A stretch of 64,000 nucleotides of DNA, taken from the NCBI GenBank assembly GCA_963422615.1, contig OY730414.1, positions 620,001-684,000 on the forward strand. Reading direction: 5' to 3'. Position numbers and translations under genes: made by a program. The notes under the pieces were generated by a model. That model worked only from the letters and a program-made list of their open reading frames with translations. It made no database searches and had not been told where the DNA came from. Source of the DNA: Longimicrobiales bacterium. Its GTDB lineage: Bacteria > Gemmatimonadota > Gemmatimonadetes > Longimicrobiales > Gaopeijiaceae. Below, one piece after another: positions 29,273 to 39,135 of this stretch (within the stretch, counting starts at the first letter, position 1; each line of letters opens with the position of its first letter).

Positions 29273-31443
29273 GAAACCGGGGTCTCCAGGGGCTCCAGCC
29301 GCACAACCCAGAGGCCGGAGTTCAGGTCGGAGACGAAAATGTGTCCTTTGAAGGGGCGGGGTCCCCACGCCATAGGGGAGTTGGCCACATGACCATCCGG
29401 GGTGCCCGTAGGGAACCAAGCGATTTCTCGGCCTTGCCTGTACAGGTTGCCCCTGAGTTCCCCTGAAACGTCGACAACCCGGAGACCTGCTTGGTAGTAG
29501 GCCACGTACATCTTGTCGTCTTCGATCCACAAATTGTGTGCCCCGGCTTCTGGGACCTCGTAGCGGGCGACTTCCCGAAGATTCTCCGGATCTTCCAGGT
29601 CGAGAATGTGAATGAACCCCCGCGATCCGTCTCCCGGGTGTCCGTTTCGGGAAATGCATTCGTCGCAGTCGAAGATTTCGTCCCCGACGAACAAGTAGCG
29701 GTGCCCGTCGGCGTTCGTGTAGGGGAAGGCGAAGTGGGTGTGGCCCTCCTCGTATGCAAAACGACTCACCTCCACCGGTCTGGTTGGCGTCCCGCCCCAT
29801 CGGCCGTCGCCCACATCCAGGACGAAGACACCGTCGTCCCAGTAGGAAACGTACGCCAGACCGTCCGCCACCCAAATGTCATGGAGATATTTGCCGGGGC
29901 CTTCAATGCCCCACCGCCCGACTTCCTCCACATCCCCGGGATCCGTCACGTCCAGCACGTGAACATCCAGGGTTCCGTTGTGGATGGCGTAGAGGGTATT
30001 GCCGGAGAAGAAGACGTTGTGCACGCCCCCGGTCAGCTCGTCCGTGTAGGTGTCGGCGACCACCGGATGAGCCGGATCGGTAAGGTCCAGGAGGACGATC
30101 CCGTTCTTGCGGTCCGAGGCTCCCTCCCGGGTGATCACGGCCAAGGTGCCCGCCTCGTTCACCTTCACGTCGTTGACCACTCGGGCGTCCACCTCGACGA
30201 AATCCGTAAGGACGGGGTTCGCCGGGTTCGTCACGTCCCAGGCGAGCATGCGCTGGCCACCCAGATGGGTACCTGTGTACACGTAATCGCGGCCGTCATT
30301 CCCTGTAAAGGCCCAGAGATCGGAGGTGGGCCGGTCGGCCACAAGCCCGCGACCCGTCACGACGACTTCCTGCTGCACGTGTCGCTCCACGACCTTGATC
30401 AATGCTTGGCCCGTTCCCGTTCCTGCAGATGCCACAACCCGATACAGCCCCGGTTCCTCGGCGACAAAGGCGCCGTCTGGATAGATGGACGCGCCCAAAT
30501 CGGTCCTTGTTGCAAAGGAGGACACCGAAAAATCCAGCGGTGCGCCGTCCACCTCGCTTCCGCCGGCGTCCCGGGCAGTCGCCCGGAACCGCACCACATC
30601 GCCCGTCCGGGTCCGGGAGGGCCCCAAGATCTCGACAGAAACGACGGGGTTTTCCTCCACTTCCAACTTGAGCGTCGCTTCGACCCCTTCCACGGAGGCG
30701 GTGAGGGTGACGGCTCCCGGCCGGATGGCGCGCAGGAACCCTTCCTCGTCTATGGTGGCCAAGCGTCGGCGATCGCTTGTCCACTCAACCGTTGTGGCTC
30801 GGCGGATCTTGCCGTCTTCGGTGAGGGCCCGGGCCCTGATCCGAACCATGGTCCCCGTGAGGAAGCGGACGTCGGGCTGGATGATTTCGACGGTCTCCAC
30901 GGGGGCACCAATTACGGTGATGGGGACCGAGAAGGTTCGAATCTCGGGGGGGCCGGTCCCGCTGGCGGAGGGCACCCGGATGCTCATGCGCAACTCGGCC
31001 TCTCCCTCGGCCCATCCCTTGATGTGGCCGTCGTTGAGGACCGCGTACTTGGAATCGACATTGGGTAGAATGCGAACGCCCCGTACCGGGTTTCCCGCGG
31101 CGTCGAAGGCGACCATCTCCAAGTCATCGTTGACGGTGAGTGAGTCTCCGACCCGGATGCGAATCTCCTCGGGTTGGGTGCGCACATCGGCGACGCGTGC
31201 CCCGATTCGGACCGCGGCGGGGTATTCCCGCCTGACGGGTGTCGACTCGACAGCGGCTTCAGGAGCCACCATGCTGTCTGACGGGGTGGCCCGGGCAGGC
31301 GGTTCGGGATTAGGCGGAGTCTCTGCTTCTGGAGCCCTTGGCGGTGCCAAGGAGGGCTCCAGCGTTGCGGTTGACGCGCCGACGGTACCACAACCCGTCA
31401 TAAGCAAGGCGGTTGCCAGAATCCGGGCCTCGAACCTGATCAT
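29269..31443 (-). CDS. Lipoprotein with Ig-like (Big_2) domains and LVIVD-repeat beta-propeller
   Basis: Lipobox LMTGC. VEWTS...ATID..G...A..PG.VT.TA Ig motif. Repeated [LV]D[VL]TDP..P..V motifs with HN/HD. Confidence 0.85.
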   Translation of the reverse strand: MIRFEARILATALLMTGCGTVGASTATLEPSLAPPRAPEAETPPNPEPPARATPSDSMVAPEAAVESTPVRREYPAAVRIGARVADVRTQPEEIRIRVGDSLTVNDDLEMVAFDAAGNPVRGVRILPNVDSKYAVLNDGHIKGWAEGEAELRMSIRVPSASGTGPPEIRTFSVPITVIGAPVETVEIIQPDVRFLTGTMVRIRARALTEDGKIRRATTVEWTSDRRRLATIDEEGFLRAIRPGAVTLTASVEGVEATLKLEVEENPVVSVEILGPSRTRTGDVVRFRATARDAGGSEVDGAPLDFSVSSFATRTDLGASIYPDGAFVAEEPGLYRVVASAGTGTGQALIKVVERHVQQEVVVTGRGLVADRPTSDLWAFTGNDGRDYVYTGTHLGGQRMLAWDVTNPANPVLTDFVEVDARVVNDVKVNEAGTLAVITREGASDRKNGIVLLDLTDPAHPVVADTYTDELTGGVHNVFFSGNTLYAIHNGTLDVHVLDVTDPGDVEEVGRWGIEGPGKYLHDIWVADGLAYVSYWDDGVFVLDVGDGRWGGTPTRPVEVSRFAYEEGHTHFAFPYTNADGHRYLFVGDEIFDCDECISRNGHPGDGSRGFIHILDLEDPENLREVARYEVPEAGAHNLWIEDDKMYVAYYQAGLRVVDVSGELRGNLYRQGREIAWFPTGTPDGHVANSPMAWGPRPFKGHIFVSDLNSGLWVVRLEPLETPVS

Positions 31444-31494
31444 GAAGCTCTCCGTTGGCGGAAGCCAAGAGGCGAAAATATCTTATTCAAGATA

Positions 31495-31809
31495 ATGAAG
31501 GCGTTTTCTCAACGGGTCTATGCTTGTGTTCGGCGAATCCCGGCCGGCCGGATCATCAACTACGGCGGCGTGGCGGCTCTTGTGGGCGTCCCCCGGGCAG
31601 CTCGGGGGGTGGGATATGCCCTCGGCCACCTCCCCGAGAATACCGACGTGCCCTGGTGGCGAGTGGTCAACCGGAGGGGTGCCATCTCCACATCGTCCGC
31701 GGAGGGGCTGGCCCAGCGGCAGCGGGCTCTCCTGGAACGGGAAGGGGTGGAGTTCGACGAGATGGGACGGGCATCCTGGGAGAAGTTCGGATGGAACCCT
31801 TATCCGTAG
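31495..31809 (+). CDS. Alkyltransferase-like (ATL/YbaZ) protein
   Basis: IP.G...YG.VA, AAR.VG, PWWRVVN (Trp in place of the MGMT catalytic Cys), LE.EGV.F. Confidence 0.9.
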   Translation: MKAFSQRVYACVRRIPAGRIINYGGVAALVGVPRAARGVGYALGHLPENTDVPWWRVVNRRGAISTSSAEGLAQRQRALLEREGVEFDEMGRASWEKFGWNPYP

Positions 31810-33926
31810 CGGCTAAAGGTCCGGGCGGAGTCCGTAGGCTGGGTTGGGCATCCAAGCTCATGGCCGTCGTTCTCCTCCTGGGAACGTGGGGTGTGGCGAA
31901 TTCGGGGTGCGGGCGGCCTCCGTCCGACTTTCACACGGCCTATGCGGAGATCGTCGCCGAGGAAGACGCCCGCGGTCGGATCGGTCTCGCGCGCATCCGA
32001 GGGCATCTCGAATCCGCCGATCCGGCCGTTCGGGCCCTGGCGACCCGGGCCCTCGGGCGGATGGAAGAGCCCGGTCATGTCGGCCTGATCAAGGAAATGC
32101 TGCTTGACGGGGATCCTTCAGTCCGGGTGGTGGCCGCCGCTGCCGTTGCCCAGGCGGTCTACGGGAAAGACCCGGAGGCCGCGATTCGGGCCCTTTCGGA
32201 ACCCATTGCCCGGGAATCGGATCCGGTGGTGCTGGCCAGCCTGGCTACGAACCTTGGCCGGCTCCCTTTCCGCACTCCGGAACAGCGGGAAGCCATTGCG
32301 GGGGGACTGGAAGCCGTGGCTGGGCGCCTCCCCGAACCGATCGGAGACCCGGGGCTCGCCGTCCGCCTGGGGTTGGCCCGAGGTATCGAAGCGTTCGCCA
32401 GGGGTAGTCGTCGGGTTGATCCGGAGTCGGGCCTTCTTTCCTCCGGTCTCGTGAGCGCTGCCAGCACCTTGGCGGGCCTGACCCATCCGGATCAGGAGCA
32501 GACCACCGCGCGCATACGACGACTGGCTACGGCGGCCCTGGTTCACACCGACCAACTGGGAGCGGAAGATGCGGTTCGGTCTTTCCGGGACCTGGATTGG
32601 GGGGTTCGGCGGCACGTCGTGATTGCGGCTCTCCGTCATGGCATCGCTTACGCCGACGTCGTCCTATCGGGGCTTGACGATCCCGACTTCCGGGTTCGGC
32701 TGGAGGCGCTGAGCGCCTACGATCGCTGGATTCGCCCCGGGGAGGGCTGCGGCCCCATCTTTCGTGCGCTTGGTGACCCCAATCCTCATGTGTCGGCCAG
32801 GGCCATCGACTTGGCCGCCCGGCTGTGTCCGGAGCGGGAGACCCAGCGCAGCGCGCTTCAGCGCAAGGTCGCCCAGGCCGATGACCCGGCGGCTGGGTGG
32901 CATGGGCCGGTTCGAGCCCTTTTCGCCTTGGCGGGAATCGCTCCGGACGCCGTAGCGGAGAAAATTGTCCGGTTCAAGGCCCACCCTTCTCCCTTTGTGC
33001 GGGCTTGGACCGCCGGGACCGCGACCCGGGCCGCGGACGAGGCGACCCTGCGCGAACTGGCCGCCGACCCGGACCCCAATGTTCGCGAAGCCGCGATTCG
33101 GGGACTGGGGAGCCTCGTCGGGAGTGACGCCCGGGAAGTCTACCTAGGGCAGCTGAAAGACGAAGACCCGCAGCTGGTCATGACCGCGACCCGGCTTCTC
33201 GTGGAGTTCGCTCCAGGGCAGACGTCTGCCGCCGCGCTGCTGGCCCCCTTGGGCCGCTTCACTTCCACGAAGCGGGAAACCGTCCGGGACGTGCGCGCCG
33301 TCCTCCTTGACGGGATCGGCGCCGTGGGCGGGTACTCCCGGGAGGACATCACGCCTTACGTCACCGATTTCGATCCGGTCGTGGCGGAGCGAGCCACCGC
33401 CCTGTTGGAAGCCATCGGCGGCCCCGGCGCCCAGCCTGACCCCAGCCCCCTTCCCCCCACGCCCACCCCGGACGCGACCCGTTTGGAGGCCCTGGACCGT
33501 TCGGTGGTTCGGCTCCGCATGGCCGGACTGGGCGACATCGTCATTGCGCTGCGGCCCCGTTTGGCCGCGACCAACGCGGATCGCTTCGCCCGGTTGGCGC
33601 AAGAGGGCTACTTCGACGGTCTCACCTTCCACCGAGTCGAACCCAATTTTGTGATTCAGGGCGGCAGCCCCAACGCCAACGAATATGCCGGCGACGGACG
33701 ATACAGCCGGGATGAGATCAGCGGCCACCCACACTGGCGTGGAACCGTTGGGCTTTCCACGCGGGGACGGGACACGGGGGACGCCCAGATTTTCATCAAC
33801 TTGGCGGATAATGTGCGACTGGACTTCAACTACACAATCTACGGGGAGGTCCTGGAGGGGATGGAGGTCGTGGATGCCGTACAGGAGGGCGCCGTGATTG
33901 AGTCCGCCCGGGTGGAAAGGAGGTGA
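31791..33926 (+). CDS. HEAT-repeat lipoprotein with C-terminal cyclophilin PPIase
   Basis: Multiple D.D..VR..A HEAT units. FHRV.PNFVIQGG, RDTGD.Q.FIN, YT.YG.V..GM.VV. SGC lipobox. Start could be 31860. Confidence 0.88.
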   Translation: MEPLSVAAKGPGGVRRLGWASKLMAVVLLLGTWGVANSGCGRPPSDFHTAYAEIVAEEDARGRIGLARIRGHLESADPAVRALATRALGRMEEPGHVGLIKEMLLDGDPSVRVVAAAAVAQAVYGKDPEAAIRALSEPIARESDPVVLASLATNLGRLPFRTPEQREAIAGGLEAVAGRLPEPIGDPGLAVRLGLARGIEAFARGSRRVDPESGLLSSGLVSAASTLAGLTHPDQEQTTARIRRLATAALVHTDQLGAEDAVRSFRDLDWGVRRHVVIAALRHGIAYADVVLSGLDDPDFRVRLEALSAYDRWIRPGEGCGPIFRALGDPNPHVSARAIDLAARLCPERETQRSALQRKVAQADDPAAGWHGPVRALFALAGIAPDAVAEKIVRFKAHPSPFVRAWTAGTATRAADEATLRELAADPDPNVREAAIRGLGSLVGSDAREVYLGQLKDEDPQLVMTATRLLVEFAPGQTSAAALLAPLGRFTSTKRETVRDVRAVLLDGIGAVGGYSREDITPYVTDFDPVVAERATALLEAIGGPGAQPDPSPLPPTPTPDATRLEALDRSVVRLRMAGLGDIVIALRPRLAATNADRFARLAQEGYFDGLTFHRVEPNFVIQGGSPNANEYAGDGRYSRDEISGHPHWRGTVGLSTRGRDTGDAQIFINLADNVRLDFNYTIYGEVLEGMEVVDAVQEGAVIESARVERR

Positions 33927-36900
33927 GAAGAGCCCCAGCCGTGTTCGGGGCAGTGCTGGCCGTCCTTGCCCCGGTCGACACGGAGACCCTCCGGACTGTC
34001 CGGACTGCGGGAGCGGCCAGGACGGTCCAGGCCGCGCAAACGGTGCAGCCTCCCCAAGCCGCCCAGGTCCCGCCCTCCCGCCTGGACCTTGCCAACCTTT
34101 TCGCGGCCGGAAACCTGGTTCTGGACGAGAACGGGGACGGCATCCCTGACCGCCTGGGAGCATCCTTTGTACTGGCAGAAGACGCGACCCCCGGGGAACG
34201 GGCCGCAGCCGCGGAGATCGCGGCGCGCCTGGGATTCGAAACCATGGCCCTTGATCTGCCCGTGGAGAGGGGGATGCGGCCGGGTAAGATCGGCGTCCTC
34301 GTCGGCCAAAGCGCGCTGGCCGATGTCGGGTTCTCCCTTGCCGACTTCGGGGTGGACCCGCTGGCTGAGGGCGACGGAACCGTGGCGACCCGGACCGAAG
34401 GGGATACGCGCTGGGTGGCCGTTCTGGGAGGAGGTGAGATGGGCCTTCGCCGGGCAGCGCGCTTCCTAGCCGGGGGTCTTCCCCATGTGGGGACCCTGTC
34501 CAGCCCGTCCCTTGGGGATGTGGGAGAGGAACTGTCCGTGTGGATCGCCGCCGGGGACACCCCGGCGCCCCCCGCCGATGTGGCGTTTCCCAGTGTGGTG
34601 GTGAACGGAGTCGATGGCTCCCTTCGCCTCGCTGCGGACCTCACCCTCGCCGACGCCGCTGGAGCGACCGTCTTCGACCGCCTCCTGGCCCTGGCTGGGG
34701 CCCGTTCCGGCGAAAGCGCGACGGGACCCGATTCGGCGGATCTCCGCTTCCCGAACGTCGCATCCATCGCCGTGAGTGTCGGAGGCCGGGAAGTGGTGAT
34801 TCCCGTGCGGGCCACGCCCCCTCCTCCAGGCCCCGTACCTGCCCGACCCGGTACGGGAAACCGGGATGAGATGGATCTATCCAGCGTCTACAGCACCGAC
34901 GGTTTCCTGGCGGACTCCGACGGCAACGAAATACCGGACCGGATCGAGGTGATTGTGGTTCCCGGCGAAAGGGCCATGGGCGTTGCGGACCTCACGGCGC
35001 GGATGGGTCTGGAGTCCACGGGCCTGACTGTCCCCCTGGTGATCCGGCCGGGCGAGATCGAAGATGCGGCCCGAGGGCCTGTGACGGTGCTGGTCGGCAT
35101 TGCCGACGGACATCCCTTCATCGCCGAACTTGCGGACAGCGGCAAGGTTGGCGTCGGAGATCTGTCGCCGGGTGAAGGGCTGGTCGAATTCGTTCCGGAC
35201 GCCTTCGGAAGCAAGGCCAGCTTGGTGGTCACGGGGGCGGACCCGGGCGGGGCGGCCCTTGCAACGAGGCGGCTGGCAGAGGTCTTTCCGAGCGTTGGTG
35301 CCCTTGGCAGCGACACCCCGACCTTTGACGATGTGGAATACGAGCTCTGGGGCACCCTGTCGGGGCGTACGCCCGCCGGCCAGGCCGCCATCGGGCTGTA
35401 CAAACTGGACCGGATCGTCGCGGAGCTCGCCGATGAAGAGATCGCGGGGGCGGAGATTCTCGTCTCCCTGGAGAAGCCTGCTCCAGGGTTCGAGGCCGTT
35501 GTGCGGGAGCGGGCCGGCGGAATCGGCGCCGATCGCTTGTCCGTCACCATCGACGATCGGGACGTTGAGAACGCCGCCACGATCTTCGATGAGAGCTTCC
35601 CGGTACCCTGGGAGGTGGACCGTTTCTGGTCGGTGTTCCAGGAGCGAGTGGTGAACCGGATCGAGCTGGGGGCGCCGGTTCACCTCGAGGCGAGGCTGTC
35701 AGAACCGCCGGAGGTTCGGGAAGCCGTCGCAGAGGAGGCTCGGCGTCGGCTTGTGGGGGCCGGAGCCGATCCCGAAGGCACGGTCGTTCTGGTTCTGTCC
35801 GCCTTCAAGCAGGGGTTTTCCTGGATCCGGGAATCGGTGGCCCCCCGCCTGGAGGGGGAGGCGCTGGAGGAGATCGTCATCGAGTTTCTGAGGAACGAGC
35901 CGCCCGCCGAATGGCCCCAGCAGGCCATGCACACGCCCCTTCGGTGGCTCCACGAGATTTTTCCCGTCGACGAAGTCCTCGCCGCCGATCTGGGGCTGGC
36001 GCTGGACCGGATCCGCTTCGAGATGGCAACCGACGGCCCGGTCTATCGCATCCGGGCTCTGGGCCCGGGAGCCCGGACTCTCTTGGATGAGTCCTTCGAG
36101 CCGGCGTGGGTCCTCCGCCCTTACTTCGACCGCTTCCGGGACTACGAGCAGGTTCGGGTCACCACGGGATGGATACGGGCGATTTCCGGGGCCGACACCC
36201 TGGCCGACGAGCGCATCGTCACCGACCCCGAATGGTTCTGGGACCGCTTCCAGGCCCGAACCCTTCCCGCGGTCTACGACTACGTTATGGATCGGCACGC
36301 AGGGAACCCCAGAGGAGAAGGAACGGACGCGCCGTATTTCGGCACATTCACCGTCGAGCTGGAGCTCAGCGAGCCCGACTATCGCCTGGGCGTGGACAAC
36401 GAAATCATCTCCCCTATGGATGCCCTCCACGAGGAGGTGTACTTCGGGACCATCGAGTTTTTCCACCTCATCGGTCGCAACGCCCGAGGTCAGGAGTTGA
36501 CCTACCCAGGCCGGGTCATTCCGGTTATGCGGCCCAAAGCGGACGGCGGGGCGGGCAACGGCCGGATCCGCTTCACCGGCTTTGCAACCAGCCGACCGGC
36601 TGTGGTCGTGCGCTACGAGAGGCGGGACGGTTCCCGGGGTGAACGTCGGCTGGACATCCCCAAGATCACCATGGAGCGTCCGAGCCTGCGGCGAGCGGTG
36701 GTCACGCCAGGGACGCCGGCATTGCGTCGCCTGGATCTCCGGGTGCGGGTGGACTCCGAGGCGGACCAACGGGAAGCTCTCCTGGGATTGGCCAGGGGCG
36801 AGCAGGTGGACGCTCGCATGATTTCGGCGGAACAGGTGGCCGCCACCCTGGCCAACCTTGCGGCACTCCGGGGAGCGGGCCTGCATCCCGACGCCCTGAC

Positions 36901-38182
36901 CTACGAAGAGGTGGGCGAGATCGGCGTATGGGCGGAATGGACCCACGAACAGGACCCCGGATCCCGGGTGACGGCGGTCCTTCCGGCCAACGGCATCCCT
37001 GCGGCCCGTTCTCGCTGGTCGGACCTGGTACCGGAGGGATGGACGCCCGACGGGACCCGCATCGTCCAGTGGGAAACGCCCATTCCTCCGCCCGAAGGTG
37101 ACACCATGTTGGCAAAGTTGCGCCAGGCCTTCGAACACGCGTCCATGTACCCGGTCGGCAAGAGCTACCTGGGCCGGACGATCTGGGCCATGGACCTCAT
37201 GTCCCCCATCGTTGCCACCCACTGGGCCCGAGCAAAGGCCACGACCTTCAAGCCCACGGTGATTTACTCGGCCCGACAGCACGCCAACGAGGTTTCGTCC
37301 ACCAGCCATGTCCTCCGCCACGCAGAGCTGCTGCTCACCGATCCGGCGCAACGGGCCAAGCTCGACAAAGTGAATGTCGTCATCCACCCCTTCACCAACC
37401 CCGACGGTGCCCAGCTGGCTTACGACCTGTACGGGATGACCCCGGACTACATTCTTCACGCGGGTTACTTGGGGTCCCTGGGTATGGACGTCACTTCGGG
37501 GGTTGGACAGGACTTCCCCCTCTATCCCGAAGCCAACGTCCGCAACCGGCTCTGGGCGGGCTGGCTGCCCGACATCTTTCTGAATCCCCACGGGTATCCC
37601 AGTCACCAGGTGGTCCAGCTCTTTTCCGAGTACACCGGTCTGGTGCGCCGGGGGCGGGTCACGGAACGAAACTGGGGATTCAACAAGGGCTGGTTTATGC
37701 CGGGCTTCGGATATGTGGACGACCCCCGCTACCCCCGGCACAAAGATGCGGCCTTCAAGCTCCGGGACTACATCACTGCCGGGATCAACTCCAACCGCGA
37801 CGTCTTCGAGATGAACCAGCGCAACTACGCCCGCTACCACCGCTACGGTGCCGCTTTTGACAAGGAAGTCTTTCGGTTGCCCATGACCGACAGCGTCTTG
37901 ATCGAAATGCCCCTCAAGGGATCCGGAGGCCAAGCGGGAGGCCGGGGCTTCAACCCCAAGGTCACCATCTGGAGCGGAACCACCGAGGCCCCCGACGAGA
38001 CCGCCCATGGCGAATGGATGGAGCTGGTGGCGAAGGCCGGGCTTTCCTGGGATCAGGCGGTTCTGGATTACTTGTACGACGGGAACCACGAGGTCGAGCG
38101 CAGCGGGTCAAAATTCTTCGGGGGTGTGACGTTGAAGATGGACCGACCGAGACCGCCGAAGGTATCGAAAGAAGGGAAGTAG
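33923..38182 (+). CDS. Very large secreted M14-family zinc carboxypeptidase (1419 aa)
   Basis: G.S..GR, RQHANE, NPDG, LNPHG zinc motifs in the C-terminal ~380 aa. Two DxxGxxIPDR motifs in the N-terminal part. GTGA overlap with the upstream stop. Confidence 0.85.
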   Translation: MRRAPAVFGAVLAVLAPVDTETLRTVRTAGAARTVQAAQTVQPPQAAQVPPSRLDLANLFAAGNLVLDENGDGIPDRLGASFVLAEDATPGERAAAAEIAARLGFETMALDLPVERGMRPGKIGVLVGQSALADVGFSLADFGVDPLAEGDGTVATRTEGDTRWVAVLGGGEMGLRRAARFLAGGLPHVGTLSSPSLGDVGEELSVWIAAGDTPAPPADVAFPSVVVNGVDGSLRLAADLTLADAAGATVFDRLLALAGARSGESATGPDSADLRFPNVASIAVSVGGREVVIPVRATPPPPGPVPARPGTGNRDEMDLSSVYSTDGFLADSDGNEIPDRIEVIVVPGERAMGVADLTARMGLESTGLTVPLVIRPGEIEDAARGPVTVLVGIADGHPFIAELADSGKVGVGDLSPGEGLVEFVPDAFGSKASLVVTGADPGGAALATRRLAEVFPSVGALGSDTPTFDDVEYELWGTLSGRTPAGQAAIGLYKLDRIVAELADEEIAGAEILVSLEKPAPGFEAVVRERAGGIGADRLSVTIDDRDVENAATIFDESFPVPWEVDRFWSVFQERVVNRIELGAPVHLEARLSEPPEVREAVAEEARRRLVGAGADPEGTVVLVLSAFKQGFSWIRESVAPRLEGEALEEIVIEFLRNEPPAEWPQQAMHTPLRWLHEIFPVDEVLAADLGLALDRIRFEMATDGPVYRIRALGPGARTLLDESFEPAWVLRPYFDRFRDYEQVRVTTGWIRAISGADTLADERIVTDPEWFWDRFQARTLPAVYDYVMDRHAGNPRGEGTDAPYFGTFTVELELSEPDYRLGVDNEIISPMDALHEEVYFGTIEFFHLIGRNARGQELTYPGRVIPVMRPKADGGAGNGRIRFTGFATSRPAVVVRYERRDGSRGERRLDIPKITMERPSLRRAVVTPGTPALRRLDLRVRVDSEADQREALLGLARGEQVDARMISAEQVAATLANLAALRGAGLHPDALTYEEVGEIGVWAEWTHEQDPGSRVTAVLPANGIPAARSRWSDLVPEGWTPDGTRIVQWETPIPPPEGDTMLAKLRQAFEHASMYPVGKSYLGRTIWAMDLMSPIVATHWARAKATTFKPTVIYSARQHANEVSSTSHVLRHAELLLTDPAQRAKLDKVNVVIHPFTNPDGAQLAYDLYGMTPDYILHAGYLGSLGMDVTSGVGQDFPLYPEANVRNRLWAGWLPDIFLNPHGYPSHQVVQLFSEYTGLVRRGRVTERNWGFNKGWFMPGFGYVDDPRYPRHKDAAFKLRDYITAGINSNRDVFEMNQRNYARYHRYGAAFDKEVFRLPMTDSVLIEMPLKGSGGQAGGRGFNPKVTIWSGTTEAPDETAHGEWMELVAKAGLSWDQAVLDYLYDGNHEVERSGSKFFGGVTLKMDRPRPPKVSKEGK

Positions 38183-38497
38183 GTCGGAAGCGCCGGAGCG
38201 TTTGACGGTCGCCTTCACGTGACCGGCAGTACAGCCGGAACACCGTCGTCGGGCTTCCACACGGGCGAACCGTGGGGAGTCCCCCTAAGGGCGCCGTGCT
38301 CGGCCACCGCTATGCGCTAGGTCGGCTGGTTCGCGCTTGCGCTTTTTTCTGTTGGTAGGGAGGCGGTGTTCGGTGATGCGTGAGCATTCGGACCCGGAAA
38401 CGCCCCCCGACCAGCCCGAAAACGTTCGCGGATAGCGCTACCGTGTCCTATACTTGGGGTCTGTCCCACCACCCAGTCAGCCGTGAGGTACAGACCG

Positions 38498-39121
38498 ATG
38501 TTGGAACCCCAAGTCATTCAGTCCAGGCGGGGTGGCTATACCCGCCGGAAGTTCATCAAAGGAGTGATCGCCGCCGGCGCCACGGTATCCGCCTCGGGCT
38601 ACCTCTTTCGGGGAAGCGGCTTGTCCGCCCGGCCCTCGGCGCAAGGGGCGGTAGGGCGTCTCGTAACCCTGAACGTCAACGGACAGCAGCGGCGCGTGGA
38701 TGTCTTGAAGCAAGAGACCCTCGCCATGACGTTGCGCTACAAGCTGGGGCTGACAGGCACCAAGCTGGGGTGTGACCGGGCGGAGTGCGGTGCGTGCACG
38801 GTGCTGATCAACGGGGTCACCCACTACGGGTGCTCCATTCTGACCCACTCCGTTGGAAGTCGTCCGGTAACGACCATTGAGGGGCTGGAGCGGGACGATC
38901 GCCTCCATCCGGTCCAGCAGGCGGTCGTAGACGAGGGCGGATTTCAGTGCGCATTCTGCGCGCCCGGATTCATCATGAGCATGGTCGGCATGCTGGACAA
39001 AAACCCGAACCCCACCCGAGACGAAGCGGCCGTCCTCCTTTCGGGCAACCTCTGCCGGTGCGGCGACTACGACAAGATTCTGAACACGGCCTTGCGGGCG
39101 GCCGAGTTGTCCCGGGCCTGA
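38498..39121 (+). CDS. Tat-exported 2x[2Fe-2S] subunit of a xanthine-oxidase-family molybdoenzyme (PaoA-like)
   Basis: TRRKFIK Tat motif. GC...ECGACTV...C, QCAFC.PG, NLCRC. Confidence 0.93.
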   Translation: MLEPQVIQSRRGGYTRRKFIKGVIAAGATVSASGYLFRGSGLSARPSAQGAVGRLVTLNVNGQQRRVDVLKQETLAMTLRYKLGLTGTKLGCDRAECGACTVLINGVTHYGCSILTHSVGSRPVTTIEGLERDDRLHPVQQAVVDEGGFQCAFCAPGFIMSMVGMLDKNPNPTRDEAAVLLSGNLCRCGDYDKILNTALRAAELSRA

Positions 39122-39135
39122 AGGGGAGCTGACGA

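Noticed and set aside
33985..34075. Short imperfect repeats at the start of the M14 gene
   Set aside because: They encode a low-complexity RTV/QAAQ/QPPQ linker after the signal peptide, not an independent element.
38183..38497. Moco riboswitch upstream of the molybdoenzyme
   Set aside because: I could not identify the conserved motif elements by eye. Only a possible -10 box (TATACT near 38449) is seen. An Rfam scan would settle it.
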